Assembly (NCBI RefSeq): GCF_964355755.1
Contig: NC_092679.1
Location: 21,993,432 to 22,057,431, forward strand
Origin: Antedon mediterranea
Taxonomy: Eukaryota > Animalia > Echinodermata
Direction: 5' to 3'
DNA length: 64,000 nucleotides
Shown: positions 50,051-64,000 of the stretch, one piece after another
How the letters are laid out: each line of letters opens with the position of its first letter
How positions within the stretch are numbered: the stretch's first letter is position 1
Program-made: the position numbers and the translations under genes
Notes under the pieces: generated by a model
The model's database searches: none
Seen by the model: the letters and a program-made list of their open reading frames with translations, nothing else
Told to the model about the DNA's origin: nothing

Positions 50051-53000
50051 CTGTAAAAGAAAGGAGATAATGTGAATGATATATGATATATAGATTTATA
50101 CTTTGTATAAATTTAACCTTTAACCTTTAACCCTTAACATGGTGGTTTATCAGATGCAACTTTGGCTCTTTGAAAGCTCAAGTATCCAAACAAAAAAAGC
50201 ACTGATCTCACACTTGACCAGTATACTGTATTTGACCAATTATAGTATTAGTATTAAGTATTTCACTTAAGTTTGTTTGTTTGTTTGTTTGTTTGTTTTA
50301 TCTTTATACTGGGTGACCTCTTCAGTCAAAGACTGATCTCCCAGAGGGCCCAGTTGGTGATCAGTGGCTGTGATGTACTAATACACCGGGGTAACCCCCT
50401 ACTCGTCTCGAAAGATGTACTAGGTTCTTTAAAGTCTATAATTTTTTTTTTCTTATTTCGCTTGGTGAGACGGGTATTGGGAATATACTTGAGCATGGAG
50501 TTATACTCAGTTAACAGCAATACTGTAATATCTCAATGTACTATATCATATTCATTTCCCATCGATTTACAAAAAAAAAGGCCAGCCAAATCTATACATT
50601 ACATTCCATAAATTAATTAAAATAAATAAACATTTTAACTGAAACTCTCTAGATACCAAAATGTCAAATTACTCAAACAACTAGCCATGACTTAAATATA
50701 ATGATTAAACACTATTTGCAAATGGCTTTCTTGTCAGAGAGGAGAGTAAACAAATTGTTACTAGAAATAGTCAGGATTTTTATAAATTAAACATGCTGCG
50801 TCAAATGTTAGAGTTCAGACATTTACAACTAAATTTATGCTACACCATGATTAATGCAAGTGTATGTTAAACAAACCTGACAGCAGTTTATACATTACAA
50901 TATGTGACAACACATATTGTGTACACAGAAAATATTTAAATGTCATTAAATGTCACTGACATCAAATTGCTTATTTGTTAAAACGCTTTATTAGTACAAT
51001 ACTAAATAAAACAAAAATAATCTGCAACCTTTATAACAAGCTAAAAAAATACTATGTACAGAAGGGCACAGTAGAACCCCCATTAAGGGGACACATTCTG
51101 GACCCAATAAAGTGTCCCCTTAATAGAGATATCATCTGTCTCAAAAGAGGGGTTTCACTGCATCAAATACAAAATCCTGTGTTAAAAAAAGACCTAAAAC
51201 AAATGTGTTATTTTGAGAATTTTTTATATTAATTTTTCAAAATGTTTTACTTCAGTGGTAGTTATTGTGCAAGGCTTGCAAAATGAGAAGAAATATAAAA
51301 AAAAATGTTTTTTAATTGATGGAATACAATTTCAACTCTTAGAGGAAGACTTTATTTGTATATATGCCAACAAACATAAAATTACTTTACATAGTGTGCC
51401 ATATAAAATGTTTCTTTCTTTGTAGTTACTTCAATAAAATTTGCTGCCTTAACTATTGGTTTTCTTTACTTTATAATAAATATTAATGCATTATAAAATA
51501 AATCATACTTGCAATATAATTTAAAATGGAAATTTTTTAATAAAATGAAAGACGTCCTCTTGGGTAATAACATGCTAAAGTAACAACACAATTTTTTAAA
51601 GGCCTAATTGGAGGCCTATTTATAATTGGAGGCCTAATTGGAGGCCTAATTGGAGGCCTATTTATAATTGGAGGCCTAATTATTGGAGGACATATTGTGC
51701 AACTTTCATTTATGCATTACTGTGTTTTATATATAGAAGTGTGTTGTTTTGTGTAAAACAGTTGCATTCAAAGCACTGGTCAAACCCATTGAGGAACAGA
51801 CTACTTCCTGTCATCTGGTAAAAACATAAACAAGGGTCACAAACAGCCTGCACTGACCCATATCCAAACAAAACACCAATTGAATTTACACACAATATCT
51901 CTACTTTCGTTTTCACCAGAGCTGTTGATTGAACAACGAAGGGTTAAATCCAAGCTTTAGCATAGGAGTTGGTTAAAAGAAATAAAAGTTGTACATTGTA
52001 AAGCAATTTTGACTTTGGTTTCCTTGTTACTATTAATATTCATTTTTAGATGTTATGCAACAAGGATCATCCATCGCTTTAAATTTAAATTTTAGACTAT
52101 CGGATGTATGACATCATCATACAGTACATGGCCATTTGAAATTGTGTTTGTAATTTTTCAAAATTTGAATTAATGGGAGTCACAATGTTACCAATTTGTC
52201 AAAAACTTTAGGTCATATGATTGCCAGAATATCTAATTTCTGTACACATTTTTGTTTGTATGGATCACCTAACTCGTCCTGGTGACGAGTTTAAATCTAA
52301 TTTATATTTACAAAGATGTTTACTTGTTCTTTAGCCAATACCGCTTACAATTAAATTAAAATATGGTCATAATTTTTCATTTTTGGATTAAATAAATTTA
52401 CATTGGCGACAGTAGATGATGCTATAAAATATTATATTCGTGAATAAAGAAAAATTGGTTAATTGTATAATAAAACTAATCTGATGTGCAGCATTTATCT
52501 TGAAATGATGGTCATTACCCACACAACACCGTTTGTTTGGTAGAATTATGGATGTCAAATGTTGGCACTGTTTTCAGTGTGACTTGACCTCATTTCGACC
52601 TAGGGTTAGAGTTGAAATGAAACCATGGTTGCGTTGAAGCTAAAAAATGCTACATGGAAATCGATTTAAGAATAATTTTTAATGATCGGAATCTATTAGT
52701 ATTATGGTCTTTGAAACTGCTTGTAAAGGTCAGTTAATTTTTGTGTTGACCCATTTATGCTGGATTAAAAAATCTTTTCATGAACGATTTTAAACACATT
52801 CTCTTGTCCAATAGAAACAGGCCCTTACCTATCTTTTCATGAACTAATTTAAAACGTACTCTCTTGTCCAATAGAAACAGGCCCTTAATTTCTATTGTTA
52901 CATAAGATTATAATATTACTGATAATGTTTTAAACAACAACTGGATTACTTTCTCTTCGTAATATCAGTTATTTAGGGCAATCCTCCTCAGACATTGGCA

Positions 53001-54734
53001 AGGCTGAATATAATGAGTCACAATAAGCCATTAGAGTTCATTTTGTCTGGCACTTTATCTACACACTTTAGTAGCTTAAACCCTTTCTAATACCATTCTA
53101 TCATCGTAACATCCCAACTTACTTACGTACTTCCCATAGTTTAGTCTGAATGCACCTTAAGTAATTTGAAATGCATCCCAGACAATTACTATATATAGTT
53201 TTTTCAGTGTTTTTACTGCAGAAATGCTACAGTTTCTGTGGTATGGGTATTGCACCTACTGTACTTACTTATTTAATACTTACTTACTTATCAAAGTAAT
53301 GATAATTATGTTGAGATTATTTGAGTAAAAAAAAATGTTTTTAAATAAAAATGTACAACATACAAACCTTGCTCCCCTCCCCTTGGAATATTCACTTGAA
53401 ACAAAAGGCAATATTAAATATAATGTTTGAAAACTATGAACAACCAATAAAGGTGACATCCCTATTCAAACAACGTTTTATTGGGATGATATCCCCTTAA
53501 TATAGGTTATTTATTTTGCATTGGAATATAATAAACAAAAATCCATATTATTAAAAAAACAGAATATAGATCACTTTTATAACAGGAAACTTATGTTTGT
53601 AAATCTGTAGTGTTGGATTTTAATATATTGATCCCATGGATTGACTGTTATATAAATATTAAATGAATAATACTGACCAATGGATTGATCAATGGATTAA
53701 CTTTGGACCTTGACCAAGGTCATTTATTGGCAATAATGAATTTATCACCTTTTTGTGTGTTTTGCACAGAACATGTAAACTATGAATTAGTAACCAACAA
53801 TAAATGTTATAAATGTAATTATAGAACTCCTTTTAAGGGGACATGTTTTGGACCCTCAATAATAGCGATGTCCTCTGAATAGAGTTTGCCAGGTTAACAT
53901 ATCTCCTTATTCGTTTCATTAGAAATTGTCTGCTAAATAGAGGTATCCCAAATATGGAGTTCTACTGTAAGTAGCTATTTACCACTATTTTTTTTACTTT
54001 ATACTAAAAGGAATTATTAGTTAATTTATCATTTCATGAAAATACCAAACAGAAAGTGAACGATCTTTCATTACAACATAATAATAGCTAAAATAGCTAA
54101 AATGCACAAGTCCCTAGGAAATAGACAAAGAAAGTTCATTTTATAACAGCTAAAATGCGCAAGTCTCTAGAAAAATAACAAAAGACACATCATAGCTGAA
54201 AAGTCCCTTGCTAAATTATTATGCACTGACTTGATCCGCTTCGATATCGAAAGTAAAGCTGTAAAACGCATGAACGATTAGATTATTCTCTTGATCGTAG
54301 ACCGTTTGGTAACGTACAGCTTTGTAGAGTTATCAATATCCTTGTTTTCGTTAGGGTCAGTCAACTGTTATCAGACTGATCACCTAATTATGATTGTTCA
54401 GTAAGCATTAGGTGAGTTGATTGATCCATAATAAGACAATCAAGAAATCCAGTTGACTTTAACTAGCTTTGAACAACAAAGTTGCTTGCTTTGTGTTCAG
54501 ATGTTCTAGTGCAAAGTTCATTACTGTACATTGTATGTATACAGGACCAACAGCTTTATTTTTCATCTGAAGGATGAAGCACTGAGAGTAAAGCATCCTT
54601 CGGATACAAGCAATACACAGGTGGTCTTGTACCCATGACTCTTAGTCTTACATTCTTGTTGATTCCTTATCAAATTATTACCGTACCCATCGATTTACCA
54701 AAGATGGAATCTAGAATGATGCAATGCAATGCTA

Positions 54735-54937
54735 TGGAGTTATGTAAGCCAAGAGTTGTAAGCCAAGAGTTATGTAAGTCTGGAGTAATGTAAGTCTGGA
54801 GTAATGTAAGTCTGGAGTTATGTAAGTCTGGAGTAATGTAAGTCTGGAGTAATGTAAGTATGGAGTAATCTGAGTCTGGAGTAATCTAAGTCTAGAGTAT
54901 TCTAAGTCTGGAGTAATCTAAGTCTAGAGTATTCTAA
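54735..54937. repeat. 16-bp minisatellite, left part; it continues at 57531-57725
   Basis: Tandem CTGGAGTAATGTAAGT units on both sides of the Harbinger-like insertion. Confidence 0.9.
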
Positions 54938-57527
54938 GGCCCTGTTCAGACCCATGGCGTTAGACCGTTTTAGCGTACGACGCTAAAAGAATGTGTGTCT
55001 GAACAGTTGGGGATTAGCGTAAAACGCGTCGTACAACGGTTGTAGCGTTGTAGTGGAAAACGGTTGATAGTACCGTTTTAGCGTACGACGCTACTGTAAG
55101 TCAACGTTGTATCCAATCAGAACGTTTCCTGTTATGACGCGAAACAAGGTTTGACCTAGGCTGACATCTTTAGTGTATCGTCAATGTGTGAGATGGATTT
55201 CAATAACAAAAAGGCCAGAATAAATAAGGCCTAACTACACTACAAATACAACTGTTACAAAGGCTACAAACTACTATCAACTGATTACCATTATATTTTC
55301 TAACAAATGACATAAATACATGCACCTTGTATTTAAACATAGGGACTACGATCCCATCCGCTTTTAGGCCTAGCTAGGCCTAGAGCCATTCACGCATTTC
55401 ATTCAGGGTGTCACGAAAGCTCAGACTACGAAAGCTCAGACCCCCTAAGACCTAAGATCACGAAAGCTAAGACCCAACACCTAAGATTACAAATATTTAT
55501 CTTTCGCACCTGCCTTGTATTTTAACTCCCAACATTTATTCTGAATACCACACCTTAGAATTGGCACTTTCATGAAAAAGAATCACATAAAAAGTAACAA
55601 ATACATTTTTAAATTGATGATTTTACAGACGTTTTTCTCGCACACAAAATGACTAGCCTACAGTACAGTAGGCCTACCCCATGGGCCATGTTCAATGTTT
55701 TTGTTTCTATGGAACGTCAAAAGAGCAAAAATTATATAGAGGGCTGAAAACTCTGTGGAGTCCATCTACAGTGTGGATGGAACAATGTAAAATTAAAATT
55801 GTAATGATAATAGTATAATCATGCAAGTAGGAAGAAATAAATACTGGCAAATAAATTTTAATTTAAAAATCATGATATGTTTTTTTGTTTCGTTTTCTTT
55901 CTGTTTTTATACTTGTACTATTATTGTTGCTCTTTTGGCGCTCCATAGAAACAAAAACATTGAGCATGGGGAGCTCGAGGAGTTACATTGTCATTACACA
56001 GTATACACAAAGAACTTATAACACAAGAATCTCCTGTTCGTCCGAAGCGCGTAACAATTTCGAAAGGCATTGTGGGATAGAATAAAGCTATGGGTGGAGC
56101 CATTGTGAGCCATGGAGTAGGGCGCCCGCATCAAATTAGAAAGTCAAAATCATAGAGGGGATCTGCTAATGCTCTAGGGGGGATAGAGTAATTGACTGAG
56201 GAGTAGGGCTCCCGCATCAAATTAGAAAGTCAAAATCATAGAGGGGATCTGCTAATACTCTAGGGGGGGTAGAGTAATTGACTTCCTAGTTTGGAGGGGG
56301 CGCTGCTCCATGCTGTGAAATGGCGTCGCCCAGTTTGACCTTTTAACCCTGTACTTCCGATACTGTGTTTTGAATGCAAATTGAAGAACAGGAGATTCTT
56401 GTGTTATAAGTTCTTTGGTATACAGTACAAAGAAACACATCTGTAAAATCATCAATTTAAAGGATTTATTTATTTGTTATTATGTGTTTCTCCTTCTGAA
56501 AGTACTTATAAGTCTTAATTTTAAAGTGTGGTGTTCAGGATAAAGTTAGTCAACAAATTTGGAGTCAAAATACAAGAAAGGCAGGTGCGTAAGAAAAACA
56601 TCCTCTGAACCAACACAATGGAGTAAATATATACCAACAAACAACCCGTCAAGTTTGTTTGTTGTAAAGAAAAAATATACATTTACTCAACGGGCGAAAA
56701 TAATGTGAGTTTATCTATGTTTTGCGGTAGTATTAAATTATATTTATGGTAATAAATGAAACCTACTGTGTTTAAAATTATGTATGGATAAACAAGTATT
56801 GTTTTTAAGCTGTAGTATATCTTAGTATTTGTAATCTTAGGTGTTGGGTCTTAGCTTTCGTGATCTTAGGTCTTAGGGGGTCTGAGCTTTCGTGGTCTGA
56901 GGTTTCGTGACACCCATTTCATTCAAGCTAAAAACTAGCCTGGGACATCAAGTCACTCATTCATACAAGGCAGACTAGACTGGACAAGTTTAATGCTGAA
57001 AACCCCCTAACTCCTAAAAAAATCAGTAAACAAACAAGGGGAGCTGTGTCCCTTTTATTAGCAAGTTAAGGGTTATTTTCAACCGACTGGACCAAAGAAT
57101 ATATATCTTTGACTGGACTGGATAGACTAATCACAATCATTTTTTTTCTTCATCATTACGAGGCCTGCTTTATTTTTGTAACACAAGAGCCTGGGGAAAA
57201 TGTTTTTTACTACAAACAAAATAAAAACAATAGAAACAGAAATTTGGCTTTACTATATTTTTCTTAAATAAATGCTGAGGTATGTTTTATTTACGGCAAA
57301 TTTTGTCATAATTGTAGGGCTGAGATCTAGGCCTATATACAGTGGAAATAATGATGAAAACACGTGGGTAAGAGCACATGAATATGCAACTAGAAACAAC
57401 CTGGATGACGTACTTCCGTTGTAACGATAATCGTACGCTATGGGTCTGAACACCTCGTTTTTTTCTCTGCGGTTTGTAACGTGACCTTGATAGTAACGTT
57501 GTATGCTAAAACGCCATGAACAGGGCC
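54938..57527. mobile_element. PIF/Harbinger-like non-autonomous element inserted in a 16-bp minisatellite
   Basis: Ends GGCCCTGTTCA and TGAACAGGGCC, flanked by TAA and TTA, with subterminal GCGTACGA repeats. Confidence 0.82.
55406..56915. mobile_element. MULE/Foldback-like element nested in the Harbinger-like element
   Basis: About 90-bp TIRs starting GGGTGTCACGAAA, a perfect 10-bp TSD ATTTCATTCA (55396-55405 and 56916-56925), and further internal inverted homology. Confidence 0.9.
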
Positions 57528-58884
57528 TTAGGCTGGAGTAATGTATGTCTGGAATAATCTAAGGCTGGAGTAATGTATGTCTGGAGTTATATGTAAGTCT
57601 GGAGTAATGTAAGTCTGGAGTTATGTAAGTATGGAGTTATGTAAGTCTGGAGTTATGTAAGTATGGAGTTTCCCTAGGTGTAAGACAGAAGTAATGTAAA
57701 TCTGGAATTATGTAAGGCTGGAATTTTGGGGTTAAAAAACAATCAAAATGTCTATAGTATGTATGCTTACTTTCAAGTCCCCAGATATGCCTGCCATGTC
57801 AGTGAACCGACATCAATCAAGTCATACAACAGGTAAACAAACATGACTGGAGAGCAAACAACGTCCAATGTTACTAGGAATAACCGCGCACAAAAAGGAC
57901 TGACAACTCTTGAAATGAGTGAAACGTTTTAACTTTATTTATTCTAACAGATTAAAGTAGTTACCTATTAGTTTCTTAAATTTTTTTTTATTAAAGCCGG
58001 AAAATCAAATCATGTCTTTATCATTTAACCGAGAAATAGTATGGCAAGCCTCCAAAAATAGGCTGCACATTCTGTCTAATTCAAATTGCAAAAAAAAAAT
58101 AATTATAGACCAAGTTGGCGCGTGTTCAATTTCTTGGATAGTGCATTTGACTTTCGTTTCTACTGGGTGGAAAAAAAGACGGACAACTGGGAAAAAAAAG
58201 AGTATTGTGAACAAAATAAACGACTCTCATTTGTGAAGTTGGGCAGATGGTTGTCGACCTCATAAATGAACTCTGACATTCTTATAATAAGGTATATTTA
58301 TTTGAATTTCAAGTAAGCAATGCATTTCCATTGTTTTGGAGAAATAATTTTAATATTGGTTCTTTGGCATCAGTTAAACGTATAGGTATTCAATAGGCAA
58401 ATTTAAAAGGTTGATTTGATTGGAAAAGGTACCCGACTATTAGCGTCCTCTGAATAGGGATGCCCGAAAGGAGAGGTTCCACTGTATGTCAATTTGAAAG
58501 AGATTGCAGTTTCCTATCTAAACCTCTGAAACAATTCTTAAGCTCTGTGTACGCTATCAAACTAGTTTAAAAAAAAGTTGGAAGTTCGCAAATATGGTAG
58601 TGATATGCTCAAATATAGTAGTGATATGTCATCGTGTCCATATATGGCCACATCACATTATTTTGTCACATAAAGTTCATAAAGAGTAGAAGGCAATTCC
58701 TTTAATAGTGAACCCCTGGAATAAGTTCCTATCTAAATGTCCAAGCAACACACATTGCAATACCTTGTCTACTACGCATAATGATATGAAAGCCTCGAAA
58801 ATCAATTCACAACCAACTATTCAACCATGTAAGCCAATAAAGTAACACCAACAAATCAAGACAAATTGGATCTCTTTCTTTAAT

Positions 58885-59500
58885 AGTTACCCTGGATTTT
58901 TGACCAGAATTTTATTTTTAACTACTGTAGTCCATAATCTGTAATCTGCTAATTTCCATACAGAGAAGTAGAGTGGTACTAAAAGAATACATCACACAGA
59001 CTATTAATAGGACTGTATTTTGTATGAAAACACAACCCTGGATACATTATGAAAAAACTGCAGTAATTGTTCAGTGAGTTACCCTGGCTATTTGACCAGA
59101 ATTTTAACTATTGTACAGTAGTCTATAATTTGCTAATGTCCATTTGCAGAGAAGTAGAATTATAATAAAATAGGCTACTAAAAAATACATCACACAGACT
59201 ATTAATAGGACTGATTTTTGTATGAAAACACAACCCTGGATATATTATGCAAAAACTGCTATACAGTAATTGTTCAGTGAGTTACCCTGGCTTTTTTGAC
59301 AAGAATTTTAACTACTGTATAGTATTCCATAATTTGCTAATGTCCATTTGCAACAGAGAAGTAGAATGGTAATAAAATAGGCTACTAAAACATACACACA
59401 ATACAGAGTAATGTACTCCAATAGGATCACTGTATTTTGTATGAAAATACAACCCTGGATATATTATTATGCAATAACTGCTGTATGTACAGTAATTGTA
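58885..59500. repeat. About 195-bp tandem triplication
   Basis: GTTACCCTGG...GAGAAGTAGA...TTTTGTATGAAAACACAACCCTGGATA recurs at ~58887, 59078 and 59281. Confidence 0.85.
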
Positions 59501-62500
59501 CGAAACTGATTAATTCCTGATAAATGTCACAAGAGAAAGGAGCCAATTGTTTTCTTTTTTTGAGAGAGGAAAGACATTTTGAACAGTTACCAAAAGTGTC
59601 TTATTAGATTTGAACCAATCACCCAGATGAGTTAGGTAATCCATGCAAATACACATTGAAATATAATGTCGTGTTAATTTCTCATTAAAAAATATAATAA
59701 ATATTAATACCCAAGGAAATACAGTTATTGTAAAACACGGTTTTAAAACAGTATTTTCCTTGCCCAAAGAAACAAGCCATAAGACAATTACTAGGATCTC
59801 TATTCAGACGTCCCCACCCTCATAATTTTTTCAGGAGCCTCCCGAATTCATCATTCATCATATTCGTTAAAAACGTGTCAAATTCATTCGTTAAAAACGT
59901 GTCAAATTTATTCGTTAACAATAATGTAAACCTCTCAACCTGGCGGTTGGAACGTCTGATTTTATTTTCAATCTATGATTTCATAATGAAAGGTCAGATG
60001 AAGGTCAGTTTTGATTTCAGTTTTGTGGTTAAAAATTGTGGCAAAAGGTAATCATATAGGAATGCTAATAAGGACACCTGATACTGTGAACTTACTACAC
60101 ACTGGCTATGAACTCTAAAAAGACCCACAAGCAAAAGTTCTAAAAAAGAAAGAGGTAAGGAAAGGTATTAACAATTAAACAATACCACCTGAGGTCTTTG
60201 TTAACCCAATTGTTATGTCATTAATCTCATTTTTAAAGCGATCCTTTTAAAATGGTTTTACAATATTTTCATAATTATTAATAGTACATAATAATATTGA
60301 AATGGATATTAAGGCCAGTATAAAAAAACAAATCAATTATAAAAAATTGTATAATTGCAATAATTAGTGATGAACATCATTAAACCAAAATAAATGTTTA
60401 TAAATTTAATATAGATAGATGATGATAATGATTATAATAATAATAATGATGATGACGATGACGATGATGATGATGAAGATTTTATTTATTTCTTTATTCT
60501 GATATAAAATCAATAGGATAAAAACACAAAAAAGTACCGAGACGGCAAACTTATTTCCATTGATAATGATGATGATCATGATATGATGACGACTATGATG
60601 ATTATAATGATGGCCTGCCATGTTTCCTACTGAAAAAATGTCAATAGTGACATTGACAAAAGCTCTGTCTACACTATCAAACTTTATGTGACAACAAAAC
60701 ATGTGCCCATATATGGACATGATGCATATCACTACCATAGTTTAGCATATCATTATCACTACCATATTGGGGCACGTCACGCTTTTTTTGTCAAAATAGT
60801 TTGATATTGTATATGCTGGTAGATTTAAGTTATTTATTATAAAAGACATCTTATACTGCTGCAATAAATCATTAACCGACAGCAGTTCGTTAAAGAGATA
60901 AATAACTGCAATTTTGAACAATAACAAATTATTAATACATAATAATTTAAATAATCAACATTAAAAAATATATAAAATATAAAGACCAACAAGTTAAAGT
61001 AGGGAAAATACCAATATCAAGAGTTACAATACTTTCACACACTAAGTGTAATGAAAACGTTGTGTAAAAACCTCGCTAGGAAGATCCACTCAAAGATACC
61101 AATAGTTGTATTTCGGGACTCGGCCACAAGATTTTACATCAATGAATATTCTTTCATATGTTTTAGACCAAGTTAAAAATCTCAAACATTTTGAAAGATT
61201 TTCAAGAGTCCATGTGAATCAGTATTAAATTGCTGGAAAGATAACAACGGATCATACTGTATAACAACTTGGAAAAGTCTTGTAATATAAAAATTTAAAT
61301 GGTTGGAGTCAAATTGAAACATTCAGGAAAATACAGTAAAGCTCTGTCTATACTATCAAACTTTATGTGACAAAAAATGTGATGTGCCCATATATTGACA
61401 TGATGATGTCATATCACTATATTTGGGCATATCACTACCATATGTGGGCATATCACCACCATATTTGGGCACATCATTGGGAAGAGTTTTAACACATTTG
61501 TAAAACTAGAATTCTTAGTCAATAAAAAATATTATGAGGCGCCATTTGTTAACCTGGTATAATAACTAGGCCGAGCTACTGTACATCACTTAAAGTTGAC
61601 GACATGCTATTTTCTATCCTTAAAACGTTCATTAAGATCACTATAAATACAAAGTGAAGGCATAACATGATCATCAAAGAAATAAAATAGGGTGAATACA
61701 TTATACAGTACTTTTCATATTCTTTTAAATGCAACAATACTTTTTTTTGGAAGGATAATATATACTGTAATTCTAAATTGTATTTTGTATGTCTGTTGAG
61801 GAAAGAACAAACCGGTTTTTAAACTATCTGGGTCTCGGATAAAAAAAGTTAAATTTGAACTTGATATGGCATGATGTTTAGTGAATGATGTTGAATAATG
61901 TTTTAGACGTACTGTAAGTCAAAGATGCTCTCCAGGTAGAATGCCATCCTGAAATGAGTGTGTCGTCTTATAGTAATTAGTAATTTTTGTGTTAAATATA
62001 TACGTAATTTAACTTTCTATAAACCAGAGATTCTAAAATAAAAGATTTTTGTGTAATATATTACAGTATAATGTTATTATCTTCTATTCTGAGACAGCCT
62101 TGATGTCCTAGCAACAAGAAACAGAAAGCCAAAACCATGAACTTCAACTCCCAGGCCATTAAAGCCCATTGACAAGAACAATCAACTAGTTGAACTACGG
62201 TATTGTGGTTAGGTGCTTACCCTTTAATCTTAATGCTTTGGTTCATATCATTTTATTGTCTGAAATACTTGTTCTAAAAACTAATATTGTTTGATTATTC
62301 TGATTAAACTACAAGAAACTAATTTCTAAATTTTATTTATTCTAAAGTTCATTTATTTTATTTTAAAATTAACTCTACAGATGTTTTAGAAAAATATCAA
62401 AGACTTTTTCTAATTAAAATAAAAAGAAATTTAATGACAAATTTTGAAAGAACAACATTTTTTCTTTCCTTTAGAAATCAGTCCTTTAAAAATCCTATAA

Positions 62501-64000
62501 GAATCAATTTTATGTTAATTGGTATGATGATATAATCCATGGTTTATTGGAACGCGGCCTTTGATTAAACAAATTACAACAACTGGTTTAAGTTTTAAAT
62601 TATGATATTTAACGAAAGTTAACAATGCATGAAATAATACTATAATAAGTTTTCCACCAAAAAGAGTGGGATTAACCTTTGTACATTCATTATGTATTTA
62701 TTATTAGATGGCTTGACAGTATTTTTTCTTCTTCAAGTGTTAACCTCTAACTGTCAAAGACGACGAAGGTCAGCTAATAATCCTACAGCCTTGTATATAT
62801 TATTATTAATAAAGTAGATTATGCAATGAATTACAAAATAATAAAAAAATGAGGGTATCTTGCAATATGTTTTAAGGCTTTAATCTCTGTTTGTGTACCA
62901 ACATGAAATTTTGATTGACCAAATGAATAATAATTTAACATTAATTTGGTGGGTGAACAACCTAAATTGGGAATAACACAAGCAATAAATGTATGGCAGG
63001 CTGAGGTTGCTAAAATATTATAAAGCAAGTTTTTTTGCTTAAATTAAAAGGCACAGACTTTGGTTTGTATGCAGCTATTTTGGTTTTGTAAATTTGGTCT
63101 AGGCCTGGTCTAGAGCATACTGGACTCACGGCTTTAAGGGTACAATTTCCTTAACAATGTGGGGGAATAACCTGTGTCTTGCAGAATACAACAATTTTGT
63201 GTCGAGTGCTGCCACCAAACGGCGCTCATTAGTCTGCCCACAACAGCAGAAGCTGAATAGACCAGTACACCAGAGTACACTCCCTATGCAGGGGATTTGT
63301 TGGATTCTGAAGGTGTCCAATTACAGGGGTTGCGATATCAAATCAAGGCAAACAAAGCCAGAACGATTATATTCAAATATGGAGCGTCGATAATATTCCG
63401 GGTTGATAAAGAGTTTATAAGTCACGTTTTTTTTTTTGCTCTATTATTGCTATAAGAACCAAGATTTTAAACTTTGTATGCCTCATTCAAAATCACAACC
63501 GCAGCAACAATAGCTCTTGTTTACAAGCTTGGTGATTTCTGAGTGAATGGTGACACACAATGGGTGTAATTTAAGGGTTGCCTCCCCACTCTATTCTAGT
63601 GACCTTGATTCTCGAGTGCAATTTTCGGTTTCAATATCTTACAATGAAAGCTTTTTCCAGTTTAAAATATTTATTTTTTTAATGATTGTAACTATGCTGG
63701 CCTAATTATTGTAACCTGGTGAATTCAGAAGATCTTTAGAATTAAAATAAAAATTAAATAAGACTCACTCACTCCCTAGATGTACATGTAATGTGTTATT
63801 TTATGCCATGGCGCAATGGTTATAGTGGAGTTGTTTCCGTCATGTCAGGAAACTGGGACCAGTAGCTAAGCTTAGGTGCATAGGATAGTCGCAAACTATA
63901 CCATTTATGGAGAGGGAGAAACCTATACTGGGACAGTAGCTAAACTTGCGTAGTCGCAGACTATACCATTTATGGATAGGGGTTATTATGAAGGAAAAAC

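Noticed and set aside
51710-51916. Minus-strand QMTGSSLF after a ttttaccag acceptor, resembling the PAS-A ELTGxSIF motif
   Set aside because: No following HPxD motif and no phase-compatible donor was identified, so it is probably chance.
57771-57800. ATG...GACTTGAAA|GTAAGC on the minus strand as a possible upstream exon of the PAS gene
   Set aside because: The ATG frame ends in phase 0 but the next exon (50050) needs phase 1, and the phase-1 frame has a stop.
60406-60738. 110-aa hydrophobic ORF with poly-Ile
   Set aside because: It derives from an (ATG/ATA)n microsatellite plus a MITE copy.
63126-63393. GC-richer segment with overlapping ORFs and a GTGAGT donor on the minus strand
   Set aside because: No bHLH/PAS similarity, and the only open frame ends in phase 2. 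It could be regulatory or non-coding, but that cannot be supported from the sequence.

Overview
AT-rich, intron-containing animal genomic DNA, probably an invertebrate deuterostome (inference). Three protein-coding genes can be spliced by hand with GT-AG sites and consistent phases. (1) A Smaug/SAMD4 orthologue on the + strand: 9 exons from 3391 to the stop at 22749, with the 5' exon(s) upstream of the window. (2) A complete 5-exon FAM177A1-like gene on the + strand, 35423-37168. (3) A HIF-alpha/SIM/NPAS-class PAS transcription factor on the - strand: 5 exons over 44166-50050, with the bHLH and most of PAS-A not found in the window. Its ~910-aa tail lacks the canonical HIF hydroxylation motifs but carries LxxLL boxes, a PPxY motif and a heptad S/TP repeat. 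The non-coding DNA is dense with non-autonomous transposons (Harbinger-, Tc2/pogo-, hAT-, MULE- and Helentron-like, SINE and LINE fragments), several of them nested. It also holds two satellites: a 196-bp fold-back satellite (~29.2-34.6 kb) interrupted by an intact 943-bp miniature LTR element (identical 289-bp LTRs, tRNA-Leu PBS, PPT, 4-bp TSD, open gag-derived ORF), and a 34-bp pyrimidine-rich minisatellite (39.1-41.0 kb). All family assignments come from motif recognition by eye; no database searches were run.
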